DNA from: Ophelia neglecta
Taxonomy: Eukaryota
Direction: 5' to 3'
Assembly (NCBI GenBank): GCA_965285935.1
Contig: OZ260661.1
Location: 95,976,001-96,040,000 of the forward strand
DNA length: 64,000 nt
Positions 8,818 through 22,300 of the stretch are shown one piece after another (positions within the stretch are counted from its first letter, which is position 1; each line of letters opens with the position of its first letter). Both the position numbers and the translations under genes were made by a program. Below the pieces are notes generated by a model that was not told the DNA's origin, did not search any database, and saw only the letters and a program-made list of their open reading frames with translations.

Positions 8818-11800
8818 GCCCGATTGGGGGTGAACATACCATAGGGAGGATATAACGCTGATACCGCTCACACTGATAGCTAAGAAATGAGTATTAATAC
8901 GTTGATCCTAAGGGATGGGGTTTGGATGAAGGGCAAACCTGAAGCTATCTGGGAATGATTAAGCCTTTTAAGTTGTAGATAGAACCTTCTTGCCGCCTAT
9001 ATATCTAGCTGTAAGCACTAAATATTTATTTAAAATTTATATATTAGACGTCTGAATTCAAATCGCCATTAGGTTAATTGATTCTGCAAGTTCTCCATAA
9101 CTCGCCTTCCTGTGGTTTGAAATGCTGTCATCATTGTTTGATCTAAAATGATGTTTCAAATATAGCAGGACACCAATGTATCGTTGAAACCAAATATCGG
9201 CAGAATCTTGCTGAATAACATTATTCTACAGGGAATGGAGTCAAAGAGATCAGCGAGATCACTGGACAGAACAAGTGGATATAAGATAAGCCTGAATCAC
9301 TCGTTATGGATCATCATTATTATAATTTTATTAAAATGAGGCTTAATTTGGCAAAATGTGAGAACTACAGGACTAAGAAATGTACAGAACCTACTGAACA
9401 TGTTTATGTGTTAATTTGATCTTTTAAGGTTATTGGGTGTTATCTATGGGATTTGAAACGAGGATCTTTATACCGGTATTAGAAATATGGCCTATAGTAT
9501 GAGACTGGATTGTATACTACCGTCCGGAAGGGAGAACTGGCCACTGACATGTTTGGTGATGGACCAACCTGACTCCTTGCAGGGTAATATGGGAGGTGTG
9601 CTTAAGACATGCAGATCACATGTGACCAAACTTAGCAGGCATAAAACACGCCATATAACAGGATATTAACAGTAAGCCACACCTGTGGCTTTCTCGGGGC
9701 GTGGTCACACTCGTGGGTCTTCGTCTTCAATCTCATCCTTTGGTTTCGGTTGATCTAGACCCATTTTTTATTGGTGCTGATCACTTCACTGGTCACGGTT
9801 ATTAAGACTGACCCTGAGCGTCATGAATTGGACCCTCCTCTCCATGGACCGTCCCCTTTGCCGCATGTTAAAAAAGTCAGTTATTGAAAGGAGGATACAC
9901 TTCAAGGAGTGAGAAGTGGGCCCTCCTCCTCTAGTGCCGCCCTCTATGGCTAGTGGCCAAAAAATTGGTGCATTGAGAGGAAGATTCACCTCAAGGGGCT
10001 CTGAGTTAATTTAAAATGCGCGGATTACTTTTGAACAACTGCAAGATGGCATCAATAAAAATGGGCAGCACCACTAAAAATGATTCTAATCTGAAAATAC
10101 CTGCAGCCCCCGGGCTATCCGTCAACAGCAAGCAACCAAACGGTACTCAGTAAGCATATTAGTTGTGGTGTGCCCCGGGGGTGGGAGCACTGACCATGCA
10201 TAATTTAAGTCATGGAGTCCAAGCTGGAGACTAAAATTAGGAGTCCATCTAAAAGCGAATGGCAGCGAATGGCCCAAACGGCTTTTATAGCATAGCTTAT
10301 AATGGGGGTTTCATTGTAACATTAAAGGGAAAAGTGAGGGTCTTTATTATAGCATATTGGACGCTCATGATTTTCATATGCCTTTAGGTTTTATGGATCT
10401 AGGAATTGACTGGCCCTAGGGCAGGATCAAGGTGGACAAGGCGGACATGTTAAGGTAATTGCAGGACAAAATGTTGGAGGCCTATTTATCTCACCTGTTA
10501 AGGTCGGCGGGAGGAGGGGGGGGGGGGGTAGAAATAAGTGACATTCCGAGTTATCTTCTTATGGATTTCAAGAGGTTATTTATAAAATGTTTGCGCATGG
10601 CAGTACAAGCCGCCCCCCCGCCCCCCCTCCCTCTCCTACCAGGCAGTGTACACGTACAAAATGTGAAAGGCCGAAGCGTACGTCAAGACTCCGTCGCCAA
10701 GGCGTGTTTGGAAAGGTGCTACCTACTGCCTTTTTCACCAGAGAGTGTGTAGCTCATTGTGACACTATACGTCTGCATCCCTTGTGGCGCTCTGGGCGGA
10801 CTAGCCACTCATTATACCTGAATGTGAGGCAGAAAGCTACAAGGGCTATTGTTGCTCGTTGGATTATGGATTTATCTTGTATACTTATGTTCGTGTGTAT
10901 GTTTGTTTAATGTCCGGCCTGCAGTCCACTGTGTGGTTAACAAAAGTGCAGCCCTCAACCATCGTGATGTCAGACGCTCACCAATACACAATGCTGTCTT
11001 TACATTTTTGTGCAAAAAAAGTTTTTTTTAGATGATTGGGCCTAAATAAATACCCTTGTTCACACTGTAATCAACTTTCCATCCAAATCATTCCAAATCG
11101 TTACAGGCGTCATGAGGTAATAAGTCTGCCAGGGATCTATTTTTACTTATATCACATATTTTATTTTATGTAGTTCATCGTTATTATCTAATTATTCGAC
11201 CATCTTAATGTTTTAATAAGACAAATACTACTGACTCCAACCGTGCTTTAAATAAAGCAACAATAATCAGTGCAGTAATCTCCATAATTGCAATGAAACA
11301 ATATTTTCAACTTGACCGAGAAACAAGCATTATTTTTTACACAAAAAACAGCCCCAGCCAGAAAGATCAAATGGGCCACCCCTAAGAGTTGAGTGACTAG
11401 GTTTCCAAGCGATAGCATCTGTCAATCCTCATAAAACATCCCAAATCAAGTCCGTGTCTTAAAAGCGTTCAATGTTTTAACAATAGCTGACCAAGACATC
11501 CACGCTGACACTGACCTAATTCGGCTTGCAGCTAACTGGATGCAAAGCATTATGTGTTCTCAGGTATAATCTTATTTTGTACTCGCATGGTTAAGAATCT
11601 GTTCGCGTGAATGTCCTAAGGTCAGGATTTTGGAGGCGTTAACGGATACAAGCTATGCCCGTAATTCATTAGCTGTTGAAAACCAGAGTGGTGATCCTTT
11701 ACGGAAAGACCCTCCGGCAAGTCTGGTCATACAAGCCCAGCCACCGGCTGTGAAAGTCAAGATTGTTGACCCATCAACGTCAAGTCTTGTACCACGTGCG

Positions 11801-12979
11801 CGGCAAAAGGCAAGAAAAACGGGCGGCGATACCTGGCAGATAAAGACAAAGCACTAATCAAGAAAAGTCATTTAAATGTGCTCGGAATCACTAGGAAACG
11901 GCAGTCACATGCTCCTCTCATCTCTACGTGAATCCTCAGATCCCAAACAATAAGTATAGGCCTATACAGGTCTGAATGATGAACAAATAACCCGTATTAA
12001 CGCTTTTCTTGTAGCTTGGCGTGTAATAGAAGATGTTGAAATATATAAAATTACTAGGCTTATAGGGCTGGCCTAAAATATTCAGATATGTTTAATACTT
12101 CAGTAATCTATCCGAACTTGCATGCACACAACGAGCTTGACGTCCAATTCAGTTGAGTACATGCGGCCTTCCATATTTCGCGTCCTTGTTTTCAGCTTAA
12201 AACATCACATCATGCGTTAGTGAGTGTTTTTAACCGTAACGTTTGTTTAAATCAAATAATAGGCCTATTATTAATATAGATTTACATAATTCTTCGACAT
12301 AATTTATTTAGACATTGATGGTGATGGCCAAAAGGGGTAACCCATAGTGAGGAGGGACCCGTCAATGGGCTCCGAGACGAATTTCGATGGTGAGCTCTAT
12401 TCAACTGATCGATCATAATATGGGCAGCTCCACCAAGAATGTTTCTAAAAATGGTTGTACATTTTATTACCCCTCCAGGACGTGCCGTTTATTGTCATAT
12501 TAGTTGTGTAGAATGAACAGTTGGGTAGGCTTCAAGATTACCGTGCAATGCAAAAGGCCTAAAGGCCCAATGAATTTGGAGGGCCTGAATCATGTTTGAG
12601 GCCCCGTAAAATGGTTCCAATTGGCTGGGACAACCTATTAATATATCTGTTTATACCTGCACTGTCAGCGATACCGGAAATACAGATTACATTTATTTAA
12701 TATTTAAAAACATACGCATAAAAAACATCCTTTAAGAGTAAAATGCGTGACCATAGTTCGGGAGGTGTCGCCGGCGGGTTCGTTGAACCCCGGGCTGCGG
12801 GCTGGAACATATGCTATGGAATTGTAACACAAGATTGCGATCGACCACCTGTATCACACTGTTAGTCTTTTCGACCTACACAATTCAAGCTCTCAGCCGT
12901 CACCTTAACTTCCTGCAGTGTTCAATACGCCAGCTTTTATAAACATAGATATCATATAGTGTAGGGAGTGATATAGAGG

Positions 12980-13663
12980 CATATGTCTGATTGGAATTGT
13001 GCGTAGATTAGTTTGTTGTTTTGCAGCACCTTGCATTGAGAAGCCAATAACGAGGTTTATATACTAACCAGGAGTCCGGCAGCTGCAGTCAGCGACAATA
13101 AATACGCCGCCTGCTGCCTGAGATGTAGATACAGCTAATGCATTTGCTCGCAGCCGACATCGGTGAACAGGATCGATTACTGCGAGTCGGGCGCGAATCT
13201 CGTTTCGAGCGAGCAGACTCCCGCTCAGAGCCACCGAGGCTCTCCTCACACTGCACAGGGAGCACACTACTTCAATGGCCGCACAATTGAAAGTTGCCCT
13301 TTCCTGCTTTAGTCGGCAGTTTCTATTAGATCTGCTTGTAAGCTTTAAGCGATGATACTGAGCTATACTAAGTTTGCCGCCCTCTTGCGCCAGCATTGTT
13401 AGTTTGTTTGGCTGCAGCCCGCGTTAGATAGTGTAGGACAGCAACTGTGCCGTATCAGGAGCTCGAACGTCTGTTGTGCATTTACGGGCGGGGCTTGTCA
13501 GTTGACAAAGGTGTACCTGCTACTCGATTCACAAGGATTCAATATGGTCGAGGAGAGTTTGGATAGCAACAGCAATACCGCGGACAAGGGCAATAGCGGG
13601 AAGCTGGGCTAAAGACTTGGCAAGGGAATCGCCTTTTAGTGTCCTTCGTGAGTAATATTGGAA
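12980..13663 (+). promoter_or_regulatory. Probable promoter / GC-rich 5' UTR of the + strand KCNMB-like gene
   Basis: Local rise in GC/CpG just upstream of the ATG; CCAAT boxes (ATTGG ~12990, CCAAT ~13044) and TATA-like AT boxes (~13056, ~13097). TSS not determined. Confidence 0.45.
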
Positions 13664-14059
13664 ATGTACGCAGCTGCCATGGGAACCGAGGTGGCTACCT
13701 CTTCCAATTTGCCAACCCAGGATTTCAAAACGCGAGCAACCAACTGTGTACTGCTTACTGTCACCGTGATCTGCATCTGTATACTGGTCGCCTGCGGCGT
13801 GATGATAGTTAGGGAATATGCGCTGGCAAAGTCCTACGAGGAGACCACCTGCCAGATAAAAGATGTAACGAGAGCTACAAATGACTCCTGCAGGTATTGT
13901 GCAGATGCCAAGGATAAGTCCAAGGAGAAGGGGCCAAATGCTTGTCATAAAGCTGACTTTCCTTGTGTCAAAGTCACGGTGACGTATGATCACAAGGGAA
14001 GGACGGAGAATGCTTTGCTTCATATTGACAGTATACAGGCCGTAGGAGCTCACAGTCAA
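13664..14059 (+). CDS. Calcium-activated potassium (BK) channel beta subunit-like protein (KCNMB/CaKB family), coding exon 1
   Basis: ATG at 13664. TM1 (CVLLTVTVICICILVACGVMIV), then EETTCQI...CRYC...C...FPCVKVTVTY...NALLHID, matching the KCNMB loop (cf. beta4 YPCVQVYVN...RALLHSDE). Phase-0 donor CAA|GTAGGT at 14059/14060. Confidence 0.92.
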
Positions 14060-14692
14060 GTAGGTCAAGTTTTTTTTAAAGAATGTACACATTCGGCCTG
14101 ATTTCTTAGCCACTTATATAAATTTGACCTCTTTGCAAGTTAATATTTATATTATGAAGGCATCAGGCACAGGATTTTGATCTTCTTACAATTGGCCTAT
14201 GGGCCTACACGTATCCGTAGCCTTCAATCATATGTACATGGGCCGGTCATGTAGATCGTGTTTTAGAAGCAACACCCGTATATATATATATATACTCCTG
14301 GAATATTCCAACTAGAGAGGTTTTATTTCATAATTATCCGTTTTACTGTGCATATTTCATTTAATTCTTTTGAACAGGAAAATAGATCCACGAATGCATA
14401 TCAATTGAAAACCGGTTATATATGCTAAAATATATGTAACAGTTTTATCATGTCTATAGCCTTTCAAACAAAAGTCGTCCAGACGATTTTTTCCTACAAA
14501 TTAAACTATTATATATACTCTATATTATGCTAGTTGCTGCCGGCTTGCTGGTCCGGGCAAATCTGTTACGTTTAGAATGTGTCCTCGTCAGGAATTGTCA
14601 ACGCACTGTAGAACTACGTACTGGCATTGTCATTAAAAAAAACAGTCTATTTTTATACATCATGCACGCACGCACGCACATCTGTATATGTA

Positions 14693-14870
14693 AAGTGAAG
14701 CCTGCCTTAAAGACCACCTCTATAAACAGACCACCTGACAATTCAGACTACTAATATGAGGACCGTGATGTATACTTTCAACGTTAGATAACCTGTCTCA
14801 ACAGACCATCTCTAAAATAAGACCAATATTTTCCAGTCCCTTTTGTGGTCTTAATTCACAGGTTTCACTG
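14693..14870. mobile_element. Tc1/pogo-like MITE (degenerate)
   Basis: Imperfect TIRs AAGTGAAGCCTGCCTTAAAGACCAC / GTGGTCTTAATTCACAGGTTTCACTG with internal AGACCACC subrepeats; TA on the left flank. Confidence 0.7.
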
Positions 14871-15178
14871 AATATGGATACTGTCTATATAGTCCGTTTT
14901 ATAAAGGGAATTTCACCTGTTGGAAAAGTAAAAAATGATAAAAATACTACATGTATTTTAAAACTCAAGTCAAAATAATACGCGAAATGAATAACTTATA
15001 CTGTTTAATACTAATGAATGGGGTTGGGTGTTGATGCATGTTTATAAGGTGGTGTTTGACGGGTAGGGTGGTGACCGTGGGAGAGTCACCAAAAGATCTA
15101 TCGCAAAACTAGGCGCCTTCTTGGAAGCACATTTTCTCAATTTATTCAGTCATCTAATCTGACTTAATCTTAGTATGT

Positions 15179-15346
15179 CATTTCAATGTTAAATCCCCCA
15201 ATTTGTGATACGTCTTTATTTCAACACATGCATTTTAATGCTTGGGTAGCCTAGGCTAGGGTACCACATTTTGCGCATTTGAGGGGTTTTCATAAATGAG
15301 ATACTAAATTACCTTATAGTTCCTATATTGCATTTTCAGGGTCATA
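15179..15346 (+). repeat. Local direct duplication, copy 1 (~168 bp)
   Basis: Nearly identical to 16160-16329 (CATTTCAATGTTAAATCCCCCAATTTGTGAT...GTTCCTATATTGCATTTTC). Confidence 0.9.
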
Positions 15347-16159
15347 TTACTGAGAGCGTTATTTCTCCATTTTATTATTTTGATAGCTAGACCTTACACC
15401 TATATTGGGAGCCTATAGGAAATTACGTATTCATGGTATTAATAACTAACCCAAACAACGGTTGCATTTAAATTTTCACGGGAAAATTTCCTTCATTGTG
15501 GGCCTCCAAAATCGACGGAGAGTCTTGAAGATATCTGATATTGAGTTGTTGATTATCTCATAATGCGGCATTATCTGCTCATGATTATCGTCTGCTGAAC
15601 ACTATTTTATCTGCGCCTGTATAAATTGTAATTATTAATACTCCCAATCGACATAATAAGTTATAATATATACTAACAAATGTATCCGTAAATATTATCT
15701 GTAATATAGCACAGTCTCCGCATATAGGTGTTGTTTATAGAAGTGATTCAGCATTCTGCTTGTGGCAATCTGCATTCAGTATGTGCATTTCACAAACGCC
15801 CTCTAACAGCCCGGTACACACAGTCCCCTGCAGCTCATATTTTGTTGAGCTTGTTAATTCTAGCCACATCCAGCTAAAACCATCCTTATTGTCTTATCTC
15901 ACACGGGCAAGGCAGTTCTCTGCGATGTGTTCTGCTAGTACAAAGTCAGTGGTGACGCTGGCTGATTAGAATATCAGACGCTTGTCTATGCAGTGCGCTG
16001 TTCTATTATTCCTTGACTACAGACACAATGCATATGTGAACCTGAACCCAAAGCAGCTATTTACTCTTGTTACTTGCATGTAGCATGCGTTTGTGCTGTG
16101 CCAGAGGCACCAGGACAAGGATTCGCGTCAGTACCATGTAAGATGTACACGCTCAGGTA

Positions 16160-16329
16160 CATTTCAATGTTAAATCCCCCAATTTGTGATCCGTCTTTAT
16201 TTCAACACATGCATTTTAATGCTTGGGTAGCCTAGGCTATAGGGCAGCATATTTTGCGCATTTGAGGGGTTTTCATAAATGAGATACTAAATTACCTTAT
16301 AGTTCCTATATTGCATTTTCTGGGCCATA
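16160..16329 (+). repeat. Local direct duplication, copy 2
   Basis: Nearly identical to 15179-15346, with a few substitutions and a 2-bp indel. Confidence 0.9.
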
Positions 16330-19300
16330 GCTCCTTTTGCAGCTGTTCAGGATCGTCTTGGAAAAGCCACTACCGCCATAAAGCTATACTTGTCAGCATA
16401 CAAAGGCATCAATATTAAATACCTATTTATACTCTACTGCAATCTTTATTGGAATATAAATATACTGGTGAATCAGCAACCGATATAATTACTATATGCT
16501 TCTAGCACTTTGAATAATCCAATCAGTCGCCCCACATTGTCTTAAGAATGTAGGCCAACATGTCTGATGACAAATGGAACTCCCATTATTGAGGTTATTG
16601 GATAAATAAATATGCAACCATAATGGGAATTTCTTGACCAACAGCGGCATATAATGAGGCATACTACTAAACCAACAGCGACATAATGAGCACGTGGTAA
16701 CCATCCCTCTTGTTCCTGTCATTCTTTTCGACTTTTGCATGAGTCATTTCCGTTACAGTCAATGTTAACGTATGCTAAGAAAATAATTTGAATATTGAAT
16801 GGAATAATTTATGTAACAATATTATTAGGCTTTATATAGTGATTATCAGATAATGCTTTACTAATAGCTTGAAACAGAGTGTCAAATTTTACTGTTTGGG
16901 CTTATAATGACTCAGTTATGTTCGAGAATTAGAAAAGCACATGGATGTATTTTGAAATGAACTTTAAAGGACAACCTTTAATGTGAAGGGCTAACTACCT
17001 TAAATGTGAAATGAACTTTAGCACTACCTTAAATGTGAGATGAACGGCTACCTTACAAGAGTTTCTTATATGAATAACTAAAGGATTACATTTTCAGCCA
17101 ACAGATACTATTTAGTAAGTAAATGTGAGCCAAGCTAAGCCAGTATCACATCCGTCATTTATAAATGTGAAATGTATAAATGTGAATTATAAAAAATATA
17201 TTGGATAGGAACTATTATAGGAAGACCGAGAGGCAAGTAAATTCAGACGATAACGACTTTTGTCATGTTGGTTTCCTTGAGATATTATGCAATATGGCCA
17301 AGATTCGAGCTTACATTTGGGCTCCAATTCTCGCTAATTAATATCATATCAACGCCATTTTGGAGCTAGTATGTTTTCTTTCTGTTGTCTTTTAGTTTGG
17401 GGGTTTGATGATGGCAATGAGCTCATGATGGGTCAATGGTCCGAATTTGGACATGTACCATCCCTCCTCAGTACTCCTCAGGTCTTAGTACTGTAAGTAT
17501 TGTATTCCATTGCTGTCGGTGGCGTTAAGCAAAATGCGTGACCCACAGAGCACATGTGACGCCGGTCATCTGAGAACGTTGATTTTCAAAATCATAAAAA
17601 GCGTAGGCCTAATCGTATTGGGAACATGAGTTCAATGAGTGAAAATTCCTTTTTTAAAAAAAATGAATGCCTGATTTTTAATGATATAGGTTCAGACTAA
17701 AACCACGTTGTGAGTCTGGACAATAATGGCACATTCTTGTCTTCTTGCTTCTTGCGAAGTAATATAAAAGGCTTCGATCGTATCAATTAACAAATATATT
17801 ATTGTTGTTCATTACCAAATGATGCTCATTAATCATCGAACCTAAGGTTGACAGAAATTCTGAGTTTTGCTCATCATTCCAAAAATCCACAACAATGCTG
17901 AGATTGTTCAAATAGCTTGGTGCCTTCGTAAATTATAGGTCTACACCTTTAAGGCGAATTATACGTGCTTTACAGTGATCAGTGTTAACATCGTGAAGTG
18001 TTTTTATGTATATTAACCTTGATATAGGCCTATCTGTTTGACATTTGCTTTAAGTTGGCAGGTTGACCTATTACCCACAGATCTAGAGCGTGGACTCGCG
18101 GCTCCTATATTTTTATTATGATTACATAAATTGAAGTCAGTTTTATTGAGCAATATCTGTATTGTGTCCGTTCTATACCGCAATGGTTTTTCAGGGTTCC
18201 ATGCGCATTAATTATTTATGCAATTAAAAAGTATATATATTTCATATATTGCATTCCATAAATGAATGAGCGGGATGCATCTTTATGATAAAGCTATGTA
18301 AATTATTGCCTCCAATCTTCGGGGAACAGGGGAAGCAAATTATGACGAGGACCCAACTGGACATGGCGCCACTTGCCAATTACAATATTATTTTCGCTGG
18401 AAATAGGCCTATGTCAATTCGGTTTACGGAACAAAACAAGCCGTGGTTACTGATGGGTCAGAATTGAGTGGTTATACATCGTAGGATTGCGAGACGCCGC
18501 CCTATGAACGTTCTGAAAAGGCCTATGCAATATTATACAGCACCAAAGTCTCTCCAACCAACGAAGCAAAGTGAGACATAATATAATCACAAGGCTATCA
18601 ATATTTCAGAGCCAGTGCCATTGTGTATTGTCAAAGTCAAAGAAGTGTCTGTCTTATAGGGCTTTTATTGGGAGGTCTTCGTTGCGACCTCAATGAGTTC
18701 CACCACACTTGTATAACTGTATTGTTGCCAGCTGGTTCGCTTGGGCTGAGCATTCGCTCATCGGTTCGCTCAAAATATTTAGATGCCGAAGGATTTCCCA
18801 CAGTGTCGTCTGCCAAGCAGTCGGATAAAAAGTCCAGAAACACTTAAATCCGCGAAGACAAGAGTTAATACATCCTCCCTAACTTATAATGTGTGTCATC
18901 GACTCACTAACAGCACAGCAAGATATAATGCCTTTTTATATATATGTATATTACCTACTTACCTTCTTTATGATATAATACGAATGGAAAAAATGATAAT
19001 TTAATAGGGATCTATAAAAACCGACCTTTAACTCTGTTAGTTTCATATTACATTATAGAAGTAAGAAACATTGTGGTATCGCAACAGGACATTTTTCTAG
19101 CTGGATGGATGAGACCAATTTCGCCAATGTGCGATTATACTAAAATTCCCCAAGATGACTTCATTGCGTGTAATTTTCCTAGTCCCACATTGCATTAACA
19201 TTCACTCTCTATTACCACCAGCTTCGAGATTTGAAGTCGTATATATGAAGATGTAGATCTATGGTGAAATTGTGTTACCTGTAAAATTTTCCCAAGTGTT

Positions 19301-22300
19301 TAGGTTTTACAGTAGTCATTTCCCAGGCCTCGATAACATTCTATTACCTCCCGCAACATAACTTGGACCCTGGCAAGCTGCTTTATAATTGATTGCTGAA
19401 CCTACGTCAGGGAAAGGGAAACCTTTATAGCAACATAATGGGTTAGATGTTATCTCTATTGAAAAAGGAAGAGTAATTAATTTACATAGGCCTTGCGGCA
19501 TCCCATTTTTTTGTGGAGGCTATTTCATTTCTGAGAAAAAATCTAATGGTTTAAAGTGATTATCGGTAGGTCATCAGTTACAAATGAACTTGTGGTGCAT
19601 TTTGGACTGACATTTAATTGATTTCTCTGATTATATATAAGCTATTCCTGTAGGCCTATACGGTTTATACTTGTGGTTATACGAGTGGCATTAATTCTAA
19701 AGGCTTGAACACTGCCTAGATTACTTTGTCTGTGATTTTCAGCAGGAATACTGCTGTAAGGTGACGACAACGCTCATTCACCTAGCTTAATGTGAATTGG
19801 CTTTGTGTACTGTCATATTAAGCTAAAAAATTAGTTTTTAACAACTGTAAAATAAGCATCTTTACGGTTTTAAAGCCACCCCTTACGATATCTGGTAGTA
19901 AGCTTCCCAGACAGTATCCTTTGCTTCGAACTGATATTGCCTCACAGCAGGGCATGCCCCTGTTCTGTCTACCGTACATAAACTGTTATTCTCTGGTTGG
20001 GCCTGGTTCTGAAATTGCAGATAATGGGTGTGTATACTTGTAGGTTTGGTACAGAGTGAGCGATACGAATGATGAAAGTCGGTCTTGTAAGAAGATAATG
20101 AGGCCAACTGACACTTGGGCGTCCCTAATAATTACCATCGTGTTCATTATCGCCCTGCCCTGCCTACCAGTAAATATATTCGGGGCAGACATTCCAGCCA
20201 AGGGACTTCCAAAATGTTTACATTGACACTGTACCAGTATAGTTTACCCACAGTGACTTATCTTAAAATAACTTAAAGATGGATTTCTTAGAATGATTCA
20301 ATCATTCTTTTCTTCAACTATCAATATGTAAAAAGCACATTTGCATGGCCAAATCGATGCATTTAGACTCATTTACCACATAATACTTTCGGTGCTCTCT
20401 TAGAAAAAATAAATAAGAGAGACAGTTTGTAAAAGGTGACATTATTTATAAGGCGATGCCAAATTGCAGCCATAATTTTGGTATCCTTCAATATCTATTG
20501 GGGCCCGAACACGCTGCACCATGTCGGGGCTCAAGACTTACCCGACAGGTAACTGGCACCATAACAATGTAGAGCCCAATGTAGTTATAGCTTTCAGTCC
20601 TTGACAACCGCTGTTGAGTATAGGCCAGTAACGTTACCGTCCATGTTGATTGCCATCAGCACCTCATATCCCAGTCTTTTGCAGACAGCCTGGTGGAGAT
20701 AAGGCGACCAACCCACTTGAGGCCTCCTGACCATTCCTCTTCGATTATCCTTCGCAAGTAATGAAATACAAAGAGCCCAGACCTGGTAATTCTCACGTCG
20801 AAAAGGGCACGACCTTAATATTTCATAAAGGGACATTAACGGCATATAGCTTTTGACTGTTTCATAGCATATTCTACATGCTCGATTATTAAATGCCGTA
20901 GGGCGAACACATATCCATGGATTAAGTTCCCCGACACCCGCTGAAGCCGAGTGACTAAAATCACCGAGCTACCTACAGGCCTACTCGTCTTCAAGTCGAA
21001 ACCATCGCCGCTGATCTGCAATCCAGGCAATAAGAATCTTTTCGCTACGCGAGTTGCACGCAATACCATAAGTACTCAATAAGCTATCCTGGTGAGTGGC
21101 AACGGTGTATGAATTCATAAAACATCATCAATATCCCGCAAACGAATCAAATGAACATTCTTCCCTATAAATATAATACTTGCCCAGTCAATATGATATC
21201 TACAATAGGGGTCCTGGCAGAATACTGCGGGCAGGTCTTTGTCATTGCTGTTGCTGTATATGGAAGGTTTGAAAGAATGCCCGTGAGTGTAAAGGCAGAA
21301 TCGAAAACAATAATTAACTGCTGTAGAAATCATGATTGTCATTTGTCGTGTAAGGAAGCATAGCTTGAAATATGCGCGCCTTGAGAGTACTTAGTGAATC
21401 ACTGGTTGAGAATTATTATGGCGTTCGATAGGATCGCAAATGATTGGGGTCAGATCGCTAATCTTGGGTCTCTAAGTCAATATTGTCTACAGCAGTTGCC
21501 CTTGATATCTCCAGCCTTTTATGGGCTCTGATGGCAGCAAGTCTCGCCTACGGCATGCCCGCATGAAATTCGGTCAAACAATCTCTCAGCCAACCCGGGT
21601 GAGCGTGCTGCCAGTTGAAGGAGCAGATAGAATATATTAGGCAGCTGTCCTTATATTCAAGATAAGAACCGAAGCGTTTCGTTTAGATACTGCTTCTCAA
21701 TTTTCGTCCTGACAGGCGCTTAGCCATGATTTCAACCTGGTATAATTTGTTGCCCTGCTAGAATTTTCAGCTTTGATATAATTATGTTAATGATAGCCAG
21801 CATCTAAAAGTGTTGAGCCAAACAATGAGTTAACGGTCTGAAACAATAGGTGCAGGTAAGCCCCTTGTAACAGAATGATTCAGTTTTCCTTATATATGCA
21901 GCCTTCAAAACTCGTGGTCAATCAAATGATTGACCAGCCAGTGTCTTCTCCAACTGAACGGATGCCACAAAGACATGAACCATCCATTCAAATTCTCTAA
22001 TCTTTGATGCCAGTATAGAGAGCCATTGCTTCTTGTGGAGGTCGGCATTTATATTGTAATTTATTATAGGCCTGTACCTGATAAACATGTAATCAGAGCC
22101 TTCATTGGTCCAGAGAAAACCACGTGTAATTACTCAAAATACACGGTTTCCCTATATATCACTGGAAACCCGGTCAAAATCGAGATGTATAGCTTATTAT
22201 TGCCTGGAATATAGCTAGGCTACAATCAAATATTGGCTTGGTGTCTGGAAAGCAGACATTTGGTTGAGATGGATTTAGCCTTAGGTAGCACACTGCAGGC

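Noticed and set aside
13020-13045. REST/RE1-like CAGCACC near the promoter
   Set aside because: The GGACAG half-site is missing.
13064-13396. 110-aa - strand ORF
   Set aside because: No recognisable motifs; expected by chance in the GC-rich promoter/5' UTR.
13529-14113. 194-aa antisense ORF over exon 1 (also 50130-50615 over exon 2)
   Set aside because: Antisense shadows of real coding exons, with no independent evidence.
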